Below are positions 1 through 11,190 of a stretch of DNA of 64,000 bases, one piece after another (positions within the stretch are counted from its first letter, which is position 1; each line of letters begins with the position of its first letter). Location: NCBI GenBank assembly GCA_963698495.1, contig CAVORB010000020.1, positions 85,789-149,788 of the forward strand, in the 5' to 3' direction. The position numbers and the translations under genes are program-made. The notes under the pieces are model-generated. The model was not told the origin of the DNA. It saw only the letters and a list, made by a program, of their open reading frames with translations, and did no database searches. The stretch is from an uncultured Gammaproteobacteria bacterium (lineage in GTDB: Bacteria; Pseudomonadota; Gammaproteobacteria; Chromatiales; Chromatiaceae).

Positions 1-192
1 CAACTCCATTGGAGATCGCACACGGTAGCCCCGGCCGCGAACGGACTCGATTTCCAGGCCCAGTCCCTGCCCGGCCTTGTGGACGGCCTTCCACACCGCC
101 GCGCGGCTGATCCCGAGCGCGGCCGCCAGGTCCTCGCCGGAATGAAACTTCCCGTCGGCGAGCCTGCGCACGATCTTGAGCTGGGTTTCCAC
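1..192 (-). CDS. birA: Biotin ligase/repressor BirA, N-terminal HTH part (gene continues beyond window start)
   Basis: Minus-strand translation from GTG at 192: VETQLKIVRRLADGKFHSGEDLAAALGISRAAVWKAVHKAGQGLGLEIESVRGRGYRV. It matches the BirA N-terminal pattern L..LA.G.FHSGE.L...LG.SRAA..K....G...V.G.GY. It starts 23 nt downstream of the stop of the upstream peptidase gene. Confidence 0.65.
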   Translation of the reverse strand, partial: METQLKIVRRLADGKFHSGEDLAAALGISRAAVWKAVHKAGQGLGLEIESVRGRGYRVRSPMEL

Positions 193-214
193 GGAAGCGC
201 CCGGGCCCTCGACT

Positions 215-2035
215 TCAGACCGCCGAACCCAACCAGGCGGCGCGGCGGCGAGCCGCGTGGTCCGGGGCGTCGGCGAGGATGCTCAGCTCGCAGGTGTCGG
301 CGGGCGCGGGTTGGGGACGCGCGCGAAACTGCATCAGCTCGTCGCGCCGGAACGCATGGACCTCCGTCTCCGCTCCCTCCTCGACGCGGGCGACGAGCGT
401 GTCCAGATTGTCCCGGGTGACGCGGATACCATCGAGCGCCACCAGGGTGTCCCCGGCTGCCAGCCCGGCCTTTTCCGCGGGGCTCCCGCTCAGCACCACG
501 CCAATGACAGGCTCCACCCCGGTGGGCAGAAAGCGGACGCCAAGCGTCGGCTTCGCAGCTTCTGGTTTGAGCTCACCGACCACCCCGCCGAGATCCTTGG
601 GGTCCCGCATCGCGCGCATGCGCAACCCGACGCCGAATGGGGCAAGCAGCGGGGCCAGATCCAGGTCCACGGTCGAGTCCAGGGTCAGGGCGAAAAACCC
701 ATCCAGATCGAGCCCCGTCACCCGTGCCGCCAGAGCCTCCACGCCGCGCTCCGCAACTCCTAAGCCCGGCCGGCCGTGATGCTCCCACAGGGCGCGCATG
801 ACGTCATCCAGGGATTTGGCCCCTTCGGTCTGCAAACGGATCGTGAGGTCGAGCGCCAGGGCCACCAACGCCCCCTTGCCGTAATAGCTGACGATGGCGT
901 TCGGTGCGTTCTCGTCCTGCTTGTAGAACTTGGTCCAGGCATCGAAGCTGGACTCGGCGACCGTCTGGATCAGCCGGCCGGGATTGCGCATGACCCGCGT
1001 GACGGTCTGGGCAAGGAGCTCCAGGTAGCCTTGCTCGTCGATGCAGCCGCTGCGCACCAGGGCCAGCTCGTCGTAGTAGGAGGTGATGCCCTCGAACGCC
1101 CACAACAGCCGGGTGTGGACCTCATGCGCAAGGCCGTTGTCCATGAAGACCGCCGGACGGATGCGCTTGACGTTCCACAGGTGGAAATACTCGTGGCTGC
1201 AGAGCCCGAGGAAGCGCCGATAGCCGTCGCTCGGCCTGTCCATACCCGCCTCCGGCAGCTCGTTGCGGCTGCAGAGCAGGCTGGTGGAGTGGCCATGCTC
1301 TAGGCCGCCGTAGCCGTCGCCGGTGGCGGTGGTGAGGAAGAGGTACCGGTCGACGGGCAGCTCGCCGAACAGGCTGGCGTGAGTCTCGCAGATCCGGGCA
1401 AGGTCCTGCTGGAGCCGGGCCTCGTCTGCCCGGTGGCGTCCGGTGATGGCCATGCGGTGCGGCACGCCTCGCACCTCGAAGGGAATCAGGGTGAAGCGGC
1501 CCATCTCCACCGGATGGTCGATCAGGTCCTGGTAGTCATCGGCACGGTAGGCACCGAACCCCCAGGGCTCGGCATCCAGCCGCTGCAGGCTGGTGGCCAG
1601 CCGCCAGTCCGCGTAGGCATCGCCATCTGGCCGTTCGATCTCCACCCTGCAGGGCACGGCATCCATGCCGTCTATGCGCAGGAAGAGGCTGGGACCGTTG
1701 AAGTAGCCGTGGGTGGTATCCAGGTGCGCGGCGCGCACGCTCAGCTCCCAGGCGTAGATCCGGCAGCGGACCCTGATCGGCTGACCGCGATGGGCCAATC
1801 GCCAAGTGTGCTTGTCCAGCTTCGCCAGGGCCAGACTGCCCGCGGCATCCTGCGCCTCGATCGCGACGATGTTGCGGGCGAAATCCCGAATCATGTAGCT
1901 GCCCGGAATCCAGGCCGGCATGGACAGGATCATCTCCCCCTCGGGCGGGCGCGCGATGGAGAGATCCACGGTGAACAGGTGCGCCTCGGGAGAGGTCGGA
2001 CGGACGCGATAGGTCAGGTCATAGCTGGCGGTCAT
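215..2035 (-). CDS. M61 family glycyl aminopeptidase with C-terminal PDZ domain
   Basis: Intact 606-aa ORF with zinc motif HEYFHLWNVKRIRP (HExxH). The C-terminal PDZ-like segment reads GVVLSGSPAEKAGLAAGDTLVALDG. Confidence 0.85.
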   Translation of the reverse strand: MTASYDLTYRVRPTSPEAHLFTVDLSIARPPEGEMILSMPAWIPGSYMIRDFARNIVAIEAQDAAGSLALAKLDKHTWRLAHRGQPIRVRCRIYAWELSVRAAHLDTTHGYFNGPSLFLRIDGMDAVPCRVEIERPDGDAYADWRLATSLQRLDAEPWGFGAYRADDYQDLIDHPVEMGRFTLIPFEVRGVPHRMAITGRHRADEARLQQDLARICETHASLFGELPVDRYLFLTTATGDGYGGLEHGHSTSLLCSRNELPEAGMDRPSDGYRRFLGLCSHEYFHLWNVKRIRPAVFMDNGLAHEVHTRLLWAFEGITSYYDELALVRSGCIDEQGYLELLAQTVTRVMRNPGRLIQTVAESSFDAWTKFYKQDENAPNAIVSYYGKGALVALALDLTIRLQTEGAKSLDDVMRALWEHHGRPGLGVAERGVEALAARVTGLDLDGFFALTLDSTVDLDLAPLLAPFGVGLRMRAMRDPKDLGGVVGELKPEAAKPTLGVRFLPTGVEPVIGVVLSGSPAEKAGLAAGDTLVALDGIRVTRDNLDTLVARVEEGAETEVHAFRRDELMQFRARPQPAPADTCELSILADAPDHAARRRAAWLGSAV

Positions 2036-2175
2036 GTCGATGCGGCGAGTCGGTCCTGTCGGATAGGAGGCGGAAGGGGTGAAGGGACCCTTAACGGTAG
2101 CTTAGCGCGGCCCGATTGGCGAGAGTCTGGCGGCCCAAGGTTAGATGTCGGCACACGAGAACAAGAGGAGGCCTA

Positions 2176-2189
2176 TTGACAATTATCAA
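2176..2189 (+). promoter_or_regulatory. FNR/CRP-type box TTGAC-AATT-ATCAA upstream of the psrA-like gene
   Basis: Matches 9 of 10 positions of the FNR consensus TTGAT-N4-ATCAA. It lies ~150 nt upstream of the ATG at 2337 in the divergent intergenic region. Confidence 0.35.
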
Positions 2190-2336
2190 CGACTCTGGAC
2201 ACCCGAATGGGATATCGCTTTAGGCCGCAGAGTAGCTCTCTGCCCGCCCGAACGATGCTGTAACCAGGGCAACCGATTACAAGTAAGGTCCCGGTCGCCG
2301 TAACACCGGGGCAGCATCAACCACCGGAGGATCTCG

Positions 2337-5128
2337 ATGGCCTGGACCTTCCCACGCCTGTCTCGCCGTGCGTTTCTGAAAACCACCGGCTACGGCACCG
2401 CCTCCCTCGGTCTTCTCTACTCCAGCAGGCGGCATGATCGGCAAGGCCGTCGCCAAGGACGAGGAGCGCGAGGACGTCTCTTACAGCATCTGCAACTTCT
2501 GCTCGTCGCTGTGCAACCTGCGGGTCACCACCCGCACCAAGGACGGCGAGAAGCGCATCGTCAAGCTCGACGGCAACCCCAACTCGACGCTGAACCGCGG
2601 CAAGATCTGCGCCCGCGGCCAGGCGGGGCTGCGCCAGACCTACGATACCGACCGCATCAAGACGCCCCTGATCCGGGTGGAGGGCACGCAAGCGCGGCGA
2701 GTACGCCTTCCGCTCCGCCACCTGGGAGGAGGCCTAGGACTACATCGCCCGAAAGAGCAAGGCGGCCAAGATCAAGCCCTGGGAATGGACCATGGTGGGC
2801 GGCTGGACCTCCTGCGTCTTCTACATGAACTGGGCGGTGCCCTTCGCCATGGCCAACGAGGTGCCCAACATCGTCGCCTCGCCCATGCAGCACTGCGTGA
2901 CCACCGGCCACCTGGGCACCGACATGGTCACCGGCAATTTCAACATCCACGACGAGATCCTGCCGGACTTCGACAACGCCAAGTACATCCTGTTCGTGGC
3001 CAACAACGCCTCCATCGGCGCGGTGTCCACCTGCCGCATGGTGCGCTTCGCCCAGGGCCGCAAGAACGGCGCCAAGGTGGTGGCGCTCGACCCGCGCTGC
3101 TCCGAGACCGCCGCCAAGGCGGACGAATGGATGCAGATCCGCCCGGGCACCGACCTGGCCTTCATGCTCGCCATGATGAAGATCATGATGGACGAGGGCC
3201 TCTACGACGCCCAGTTCCTCAAGCGCCATACCAACATGCCCTTCCTGGTCCACAAGGACGACCAGGGCGAGTGGCAGCCGGTCACCGATCCCGAAGGCCG
3301 GCCGCTGGTGGTCGATGGAAGGCACCACCGAGGTTCACGTGCTGGAGAAATTCACCAACGACAACCTGCAACGGCATCGTGGCCGGGCGCGCCTTCTGCC
3401 CGGACTCAAGCGTGCCCGAGCCTCTCGAGGTCGAGGGCCGAGCGGTGCAAGACCGTGTTCGAGGCCCAGCTCGAGGAGCTCGCCGACGTACACGCCGGAG
3501 TGGGCGGCGGAGATCACCGGCGTGCCCGCCGAGACCATCGCCCGCATCTCCCGCGAGTTCGGCACCATCCGCCCGGCCATCGTGGATCCGGGCTGGCACG
3601 GGGCCCGCTACGGCAACGTCATGATGCTGCGCCGCGTGCAGGCCATGGTGCAGGCGCTGACCGGCGGCATCGACACGGAAGGCGGCTGGATGAACTGCGC
3701 GGCGAGCTGCATCACAAGGCCGCGCACATGTACAAGGCCGTACGACGAAGGGCACGAGATCGGCGCGCCCACTGGCCAACCTGGCCGGCATGCACTTCGC
3801 CAAGATGGTGATCAACGCGGTCTCCAAGGGCGAGAACTTCTCCCACGGCAGGCCGGCTGGACCTGGGCCTACAGCGCCCAGGAGAAGGAGGCCGGCCAGC
3901 TTCAACGTGGCGCTGCCGGTGATGACCGACGCGGGGATGCGGGAGTCGGTGGAGGGCAAGGTCCAGATTCGAAGGGCGAGCCCTACCTCACCCGCGCCTT
4001 CATCATCAACGCCGCGAACCCGGTGCGCCACTACTACCCGGACACCTACTGGAAGGAGATCCTGAGCCACGACAACGTGGACCTGGTGGTCATGGTGGAG
4101 GTGCTGCCGTCGGACACGGCGCCTTACGCCGACGTGATCCTGCCCAACACCACCTACCTGGAGCGCGACGAGCCCACGCTCTACGGCAATGGCGTCAACC
4201 AGGACCTGGCGCTGACCACCCGCTATGCCGCGATCGACTCCGCTGTACGACACCGAGGAGACGGCGGACATCCTGCTCAAGATGACGGAGATCATCAGCG
4301 GCAACACCGACAAGTTCCTGGAATGGGTCGAGAAGCTCACCGGGCTCAAGGCCGAGCCGGTCAAGGCGGCTTATGCGGAGACCCGAAAGACCCACGAAAA
4401 GGGGTCCTTCGCCGCCGCCTGCCGCGGGGTCTCCTTCGCCCAGACGGCCGAGCGCCTGGGGACCACGCCGGAGCATATCGACCAGGTCCTGCGCGAGAAG
4501 GGCGTCTATCACGAAGAGGACAAGCAGCGACATCCTCGAGCACCATGCCATGCCGCGCAAGATGCCGGTGCCGACCGACAGCGGGCGGGTGGAGTTCTTC
4601 AGCGGCCTGATGCGATCGCTGCGCGACAGCGGCCACACGGAGCCCAACTTCAGCGTGCTGGCGACCTGGATCGCCCCCGAATACCGGGAGGGCAAGGCCG
4701 TACGACCGAGCCCTTGGCGGAGGACGAGTTCTACTTCACCTACGGCAAGACGCCCACCGTCTCCCACGGCTCCACCAACAGCAACAATCCGGTGCTGGCG
4801 GCCATCAACCAGTTCAAGGACGACATCTACAAGGGGGTTTGGATCCACCCGGACCGGGCCGGCAGCTGGGCATCGGCCAAGGCGACCGGATCCGACGCTG
4901 ACCAACATCAAATCCGGCCAGGCGACGCACCGGCCGCGCCTACGTCACGCGACTGGTGCAGCGCGGACACCCTGTTCATCTACTCCTCCTTCGGGGTGGA
5001 GAACAAGGCGCTGTCCCGCACCCAGGGCGACGGCACCGCCACCAACAAGCTGATCCCCTATCAGGTCGAGCCCGTGGTGGCCGGATTCACGTTCCCAGGA
5101 ATTCACCATCAAGGTGGCCCGCGCCTAA
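2337..5128 (+). pseudogene. Tat-exported molybdopterin (bis-MGD) oxidoreductase catalytic subunit, PsrA/PhsA-like, disrupted by many frameshifts and a TAG
   Basis: Tat signal SRRAFLKTTGYGTASLG and FS0 cluster motif CNFCSSLC (CxxCxxxC). Long conserved-looking segments (e.g. MVGGWTSCVFYMNWAVPFAMANEVPNIVASP..., YTPEWAAEITGVPAETIARISREFG..., AFIINAANPVRHYYPDTYWKEILSHDNVDLVVMVEVLPSDTAPYADVILPNTTYLERDEP...) are spread over all three forward frames. I count about 18 frame switches. An in-frame TAG lies at 2735-2737. Confidence 0.85.
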
Positions 5129-5148
5129 GGTAAGAGGAGCATGAGCCC

Positions 5149-5769
5149 ATGACTAACTACGCAATGGTTATCGACCTCAACACCTGCGTCGGCTGCAACG
5201 CCTGCATGGCCGCCTGCGCGATGGAGAACCAGACCCCGGTGTGGGACAACAAGAAGTGGCGCACCTACGTACACGACAAGGAGATCGGCGTCGGGCGACG
5301 ACGTGCATCGCCGTTTCTTCCCGCGCCTGTGCAATCACTGCGACAACCCGCCCTGCATGAGCGTCTGTCCCACCGGCGCGACCTACAAGAAGGCCAACGG
5401 CATCGTCATGGTGGACGAGGACCTCTGCATGGGCTGCCGCGCCTGCGCCATGGCCTGCCCCTATGACGCCCGGGTGGAGGTGACCTACTGCGGACGTCAG
5501 AGCAGGGCAAGGAGTTCTTCGGCCGCGACTACCGCCGCACCAGCCCCAGCGTGGACAAGTGCACCTTCTGCGACCACCGGGTCGAGCAGGGCCTGAAGCC
5601 CGCCTGCGTGGAGACCTGCGTGGGCTCGTCGCGCATGTTCGGCGACCTGGACGATCCCGAGGACCCGGTCGCCCAGATGGTGGCCAGCGGGGTGGCCCGG
5701 CCGCTGATGCCGCATCTCGGCACCCGGCCCAACGTCTATTACATCGACGACCTGAAGCGGAGGGGCTGA
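5149..5769 (+). pseudogene. 4Fe-4S ferredoxin-type electron-transfer subunit (PsrB/DmsB-like), frameshifted
   Basis: SD AAGAGGAG then ATG. Cys clusters [37 protein letters not shown] and CTFCDHR...CVETC sit in three segments: frame 1, then 2 (about 5290), then 1 (about 5490). Confidence 0.85.
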
Positions 5770-5783
5770 GATGGACGTCAACC

Positions 5784-6737
5784 ATGACCTACTCGACCCA
5801 GGACCTCTGGACCTGGTGGCTCGCCATCTACCTCTACACCGGCGGGCTCGGCGCCGCGACCCTGGCGGTCACCTTCCTCACCGACATGTACCTCAAGCCG
5901 CATCCGCAACCTGGTGCTCTGGGGCGCGGGCGCCGGCGTCGTCCTGCTGTCGCCTCGGCTCGCTCATGCTGTTCGGGCATCTGCTCGATCACTTCGCGGT
6001 GATTCACGTGCTGAACCCGCTGGCCATGTTCACCCAGCCGACCGCATGGATCGCCTGGGGCACCCAGTTCATCCTCTGGATGATGGTGTGGGGGGTGCTC
6101 TACGCCCTGCCCTACGCCTGCGTGACGCCCCTGTTCCAAAAGCTCCCGCTGGTCAGCAGCATCCTGGGCTCGGGCCACCTGGTGAAGCTCTGCGCAGCTG
6201 ATCGAGCGATACCGCAGAGGTCATCGGCTGGCTCGCGGTGGTCAACGGCGTCGGCGTCGCCGTCTACACCGGCCTGCTGCTGCAGTCCTTCCCCGCCGTG
6301 GCCCTGTGGGCGAATCCGGGCGTGCCTCTGCTGTTCACGGTGTCGGCCTTCTCCACCGCCATGGCGTTCCTGCTGTTGCTCATGTACACCTGTCATCAAG
6401 GACGCGGCGGACGAGCACATCCGCGGTGCTCTACGAGCGCATCGACCTGGTGCTGATCTCCGCCGAGCTGGTGATCATCTTCTCCTTCTTCTTCTACCTG
6501 CAGCGTGGGTCGGAGTCCGCCATGCGCTCCTGGGAGCTGCTGTTCACCGACCTCGGCTGGCTGATCGGCTTCATCGGCTTCGGCCTCGTCGTGCCCTTCT
6601 TCCTGGAGCTCAAGGGCGTGATCAAGGGCTGGACAAGCCACGCACCGATCATTGCCGCGTCGGTCTTCGTGCTGACCGGCGGCTATCTGCTGCGGCACTA
6701 CTTCATGTACGCGGGGGTTTACGCCTACCCCTGGTAG
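5784..6737 (+). pseudogene. NrfD/PsrC-type integral membrane quinol-interacting subunit, frameshifted
   Basis: Hydrophobic NrfD-like segments lie in different frames: MTYSTQDLWTWWLAIYLYTGGLGAATLAV, AWGTQFILWMMVWGVLYALPY, VVNGVGVAVYTGLLLQSFPAVALWANPGVPLLF, LLRHYFMYAGVYAYPW. At least 4 switches. Confidence 0.8.
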
Positions 6738-7058
6738 AGGCCGAACAGAACAACGAGAGCGAGGAGGCGGCGACGAAGGAGAGGCGCGCGAGCGTCTCTC
6801 CTTCTCTGACAACGCCTCAGGCCGGAGGCGCAGCATCGGCCCGGCATTTCCCCGCCCGGCGCGAGCCCGGCTTCCGCTCGTCAACTCTGGCTGCCCAGCG
6901 CATCGATCGGCGAAGTGCACCTGCATCGTCGCCCCCCGTCGGGTCCGCGTCCGGCTCGAAAGCGGTTCCGCGGCTCCGGTCGTCAATCGTGCCGTTCATC
7001 GACGCCCATACCAAGACCAGGCCGCGACCCTTGTCCCGGTCCGGCACCAATCCATATC

Positions 7059-7204
7059 TCCTGCCAATTTGACAGTTATTGCACGCCGACATAAGAGTCG
7101 GATTATTAACTGAATGATGGCGCTCATGCCCGATCACTCTTCCGCGCTAATGTCATATTGGCATGAATTCGATCACCGAATAACGCATTCCTGCCAATTT
7201 GGCA
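7059..7204. promoter_or_regulatory. AT-rich intergenic region with repeated TGCCAAT motifs (candidate operator) upstream of the second operon
   Basis: 16-mer TCCTGCCAATTTGrCA occurs at 7059-7074 and 7189-7204. An inverted core ATTGGCA lies at 7157-7163. A palindrome TTGCA-N5-TGCAA lies at 7228-7242. Confidence 0.25.
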
Positions 7205-7485
7205 TCAGAACGATTGAGCCTAAGTGTTTGCAAAACATGCAAAATTAGTTGACCCAGGACAATGAACACCGGCGGTCCAGGGTGATGTAATGATCCCCGG
7301 CCGCCGGACTCGGGCCGGCTCCAAATAGCCCGGAAACAGAGAATCATAAATCGGGCTTTATTCACCTTGCTTTCGCAGGAACCTGCTCGCGACGGCGCGT
7401 CTTACCCCGCCAGAGAAAGCGTATCGCCCGCCAAGCCAGGTGCGCATCGCATCGACCACAGACCCACCAAAAAGAGGATCGTCAG

Positions 7486-7824
7486 ATGTTGACAAGAATG
7501 CGGGCCGTTTTCGGCAAGCGGTTCTCCCTCCGACGAAAGGCCGGCGAGCGCCAGCCCCCATCGGCGCAGGCGGTTTCTCAGGCAAGGCGGGGATTCTTCA
7601 CGAAGGCCGCGGTCGGGGCGGTTTCGCTCTCCGGAACCGCCGGTCTGGCCAAGGTCGTCGTGGACTCGGTTCCCGAACCCGGATCTGCAAGCGACCTCTA
7701 CCGAGAAGGACCATCTCGCCGGCGAACAGGAGCTGACCGAGCGGGAGTATGTCCTGATGTCCTACAAGCGAAAAGGAGGACATGGTGCAGCAGCTCGTCG
7801 ACAGCTACTCACGAGAAGGGCTGA
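7486..7824 (+). pseudogene. Small Tat-signal protein, first gene of the second operon, apparently frameshifted
   Basis: Twin-arginine motif SQARRGFFTKAAVGAVSLSG. The plausible continuation [22 protein letters not shown] lies in another frame after about 7710. Confidence 0.4.
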
Positions 7825-7974
7825 AAGGCGCCGAGCGTCCTCGGATCCGGGTCCGCTGCGCGGGCGCACGACACTGGATGCGCGGCCATCGGGTTGGCGC
7901 CGTCCAATCCTGCCCCAGCCGTCGATCACCCGCTGCCAGTTTTCTCGATCGATCAATGGATCTAGGGGTCATCC

Positions 7975-9011
7975 ATGCCAAACGAAGACACCAAAGCAAA
8001 GAGGTACCACCGGCACGACCAGCCGCGACTTTCTGCGCAAGGCGGGCACCTATAGCGTGGCCTCGCTCGTCGGGGGCGAGCGATGCTGATGTCGGTCCCG
8101 AAGCAGGCCAAGGCGACGGCGAACGTCACCTGGGCCGAGGAGTTCCAGAAAAACTACCGTCTCATGACCGACGAGGAGAAGCAGGAGGCTATCGAGCGGC
8201 TGGAGAAGCGCTACTCGGAGGAATTCGGGAAGAAGGTCACGGTCGACGGCTCGCCGGCGATCGACGGCGTCCTGTTCGGCTACGCGCTCAACATCCAGAA
8301 ATGCATCGGCTGCCGGCGCTGCGTCAAGGCCTGCGTCGCCGAGAACAATCAGTCCCGCGGCGAGAAGCAGCAGATCGAATGGATTCGTGTACTGCGCATG
8401 GAAAAGGGTCAGTTCTCGGAAGAGGACAGGGACAACAACGGTTATCCGCGAGGACTACGGCGTACAGGTCGGCGGCAACTCCTACAAGCCCGCCGGCGTC
8501 GTCCTCGAGGGTCAGCATTACTACGAGGCCGGACAAGGTCCCGGAGAAGGACGCCTTCTATTTCCCGATGCAGTGCATGCAGTGCGAAAAGCCGCCCTGC
8601 GTCAAGGTCTGCCCGGTCCGCACGACCTACCGCGATCCGGACGGGATCGTCGTCATCGATTACAACTGGTGCATCGGCTGCCGCATGTGCATCGGCGCCT
8701 GCCCCTACTGGGCACGACGCTTCAACTGGGGCGAGCCGGATCTCCCGCGGAGGAGATGAATCCGCAACACCCACTACCTGGGCAACCGCCCGCGCATGAA
8801 GGGGGTGGTCGAGAAGTGCACCTTCTGCATCCAGCGCACCAGAAAGGGCCGCTGGACCGGCTGCGTCGAGGTCTGTCCGGTCGGGGCGCGAAAGCTGGGC
8901 AACCTGCTGGACCCGGACAGCGACATCCGCAAGGTGCTGGCGACCAAGAAGGTCTTCCGTCTGCGCGCGGACCTGAATACCTATCCGAAGTTCTTCTACT
9001 TCATGGACTAA
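7975..9011 (+). pseudogene. Tat-exported 4Fe-4S subunit (NrfC/DmsB family), frameshifted
   Basis: Tat motif [17 protein letters not shown]. Clusters [37 protein letters not shown] and CTFCIQR...CVEVCP are distributed over at least 5 frame segments. Confidence 0.8.
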
Positions 9012-9023
9012 GGGGAAGCATCC

Positions 9024-10285
9024 GTGAAACGCTTTATCCAATTTGTCATCGATTTCCTGCGCGCCGGTTTCACCGGAGGCGCCCTGTTCTGGGCCTGGAT
9101 GCTGTTCCTGTCCTTCTTCATCATGCTCTGGGGCTATGGCGAGTACGTGCAGATCCGTGACGGCATGATCGTCACCAACCTCAACGATCAGGTCAGTTGG
9201 GGCATGTATCTGGCCAGCTTCGTGTTCATGGTCGGCGTGGCCGCGGCGGCGGTGACCGTCGTGTTTCCCGGCCTATGTCTACAAGCACAAGGAGTTGCAT
9301 CAGATCGTCGTGCTCGGCGAGATGCTGGCCATCGCCGCGGTGATCATGTGCCTGCTCTTCGTTATCGCCCACATGGGCCGACCGGACCGGCTCTGGCACA
9401 TCTTTCCGGTCATCGGGATCTACAACTGGCCCCATTCGGTGCTGACCTGGGATGTGCTGGTCCTCAGCGGTTATCTGCTGCTCAACGTCGTCGGGGGCTT
9501 CTACTACCTGTACAAGAAATACTCCGACGAGCCGGTGAACAAGGCGTTCTATCTGCCGATCGTCTACATCGCGATCGTCTGGGCCCTGAGCATCCACACG
9601 GTCACGGCCTTCCTGATCAACACCATGCCGGCCAGGCCCATGTGGTTCCACTCGATGATGCCGATCAAGTTCATCACGACCGCCTTCGCGGCCGGTCCCT
9701 CGCTGATCATCATCGTGTTCCTGCTGGTTCGCCGCTTCACGCCGTTGAAGATCGCGGACGAGGCCTTCCACATGCTGTCCCAGATCGTCACCTGGTGCCT
9801 CGGCATCGCGCTGTTTCTCACCATGTCGGAGATCGTCACCGAGCTCTATCCCGAGCACCGAGCATTCGATGGGGCTGCAATACCTGATGTTCGGTCATCA
9901 TGGGCTCAACGCGTTGGTGCCCTTCTTCTGGACCGCCATGGCGTTGATGATCGGCTCCTTCATCTTGCTGCTGATACCCAAGGTCAGAAAGAACCTCGTG
10001 ATTCTGCCCTTCATCTGCATCGGCTACCTTCGTGGGGATCTGGATCGAGAAGGGGCTGGGCCTGATGCTCCCGGGCGTCATCCCGACTCCCGTCGGCGAG
10101 TTCGCCGAATACACGCCCGAGCGCGATCGAGCTCATGATCATCATCGGGGTCTGGGCGATCGGGTTCTTCGTGCTGACCGTGCTTGATAAAGGGCGCGGT
10201 CGGCGTCCTGCTCGGCGACGTTCGCTACCAGGAAAAGGTAGACGCCCGTACCCAAGGCGAGCAGGCCAGCGTGACGGCTGCTTGA
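9024..10285 (+). pseudogene. Large NrfD-family membrane subunit (ActC/DsrP/HmcC-like), frameshifted
   Basis: Hydrophobic segments lie in different frames: MKRFIQFVIDFLRAGFTGGALFWAWMLF..., HQIVVLGEMLAIAAVIMCLLFVIAHMGRPDRLWHIFP..., GLQYLMFGHHGLNALVPFFWTAM..., ELMIIIGVWAIGFFVLTVL. The reconstructed stop is at 10283-10285. Confidence 0.8.
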
Positions 10286-10361
10286 GCGTGGCCATTGTGG
10301 ACCGATCTCGGCGACGGCACCGCGCCGCGGTGACTCCAACGAATTCGGGAGACGAAAGACG

Positions 10362-11190
10362 ATGACTAGCTATCGAGTGTTCAAGGACCGGTGACGGGCC
10401 TGTGTCTACTGGCGGTGGCGTCCTATGGCCCGGTCCAAGGCGGCAACGGCCGAAGCCGGCGAAGAGTGCTTCGAGAGCCGGGAAGGACTGGACTCAGGTG
10501 CAGCAGCGAGAGATCGAGCCCGGCGTGATCGAACGTGAAGTGCTCGCCGACCACCGGCGGCGTCCTGCTTTGGGGCGATCCCTTCGACGGGACCATCCCC
10601 ATGGGCGACATGCCGGTCGAGGCGGACTACTCCCACGAGGAGGCGGTGGTGAAGCCCCGCGAGCCGCAGCTCGACCGCAACAAGCTGCTGACCATCTGCT
10701 CCATGGCCTGCCACAACGGCGAGTACGTTCCATATCCGGAGAACAAGTTGCCTCGCCCGCTCGAAGATGCATCAGGACGTGGTTCCGGATTCCATGAACC
10801 TGAAGCATGGCAAGGGGGCGATCTGGTGCCTGGACTGCCATCATCGCGGCGGAGCGTACCAAGCTGATGGACCATTTCGGCAACGAGATCAGCTTCAACC
10901 AACCCCAGAACGATGTGCGGCAAATGCCACGGCGACGTCTATCCGGGGCTGGCGCGATGGTATCCACGGCAAGCGCATCGGTATGTGGGCAAGCGGGCGG
11001 AAAGAAGCGCTGGTGGGTCTGCACCGAGTGCCACAATCCCCACGACGTGGAGCAAGGCGAGCGGCATTCCGGATTCGCGCAGCTTCATCCCGAGCCCGCG
11101 CCGATGCTGCCGAAGGGCATGACCAACGCCGATCACGAACGCGTCCACGGCCACGGCCAATCCCATGGCGGGGATGCGCACCAATGGACG
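10362..11190 (+). pseudogene. Tetraheme c-type cytochrome, frameshifted (boundaries approximate)
   Basis: Four CxxCH motifs: CSMACH 10697-10714 (frame 2), CLDCH 10827-10841 (frame 0), CGKCH 10916-10930 (frame 2), CTECH 11020-11034 (frame 1). Confidence 0.7.

Noticed and set aside
2190-2336. Possible Moco riboswitch in the leader of the molybdoenzyme operon
   Set aside because: I could not match the conserved Moco-motif elements by eye. The claim would need an Infernal/Rfam scan.
2735-2737. In-frame TAG as possible recoding (pyrrolysine or programmed readthrough)
   Set aside because: There are no pyl genes or recoding signals, and the surrounding gene also carries about 18 frameshifts. A simple nonsense lesion is far more likely.
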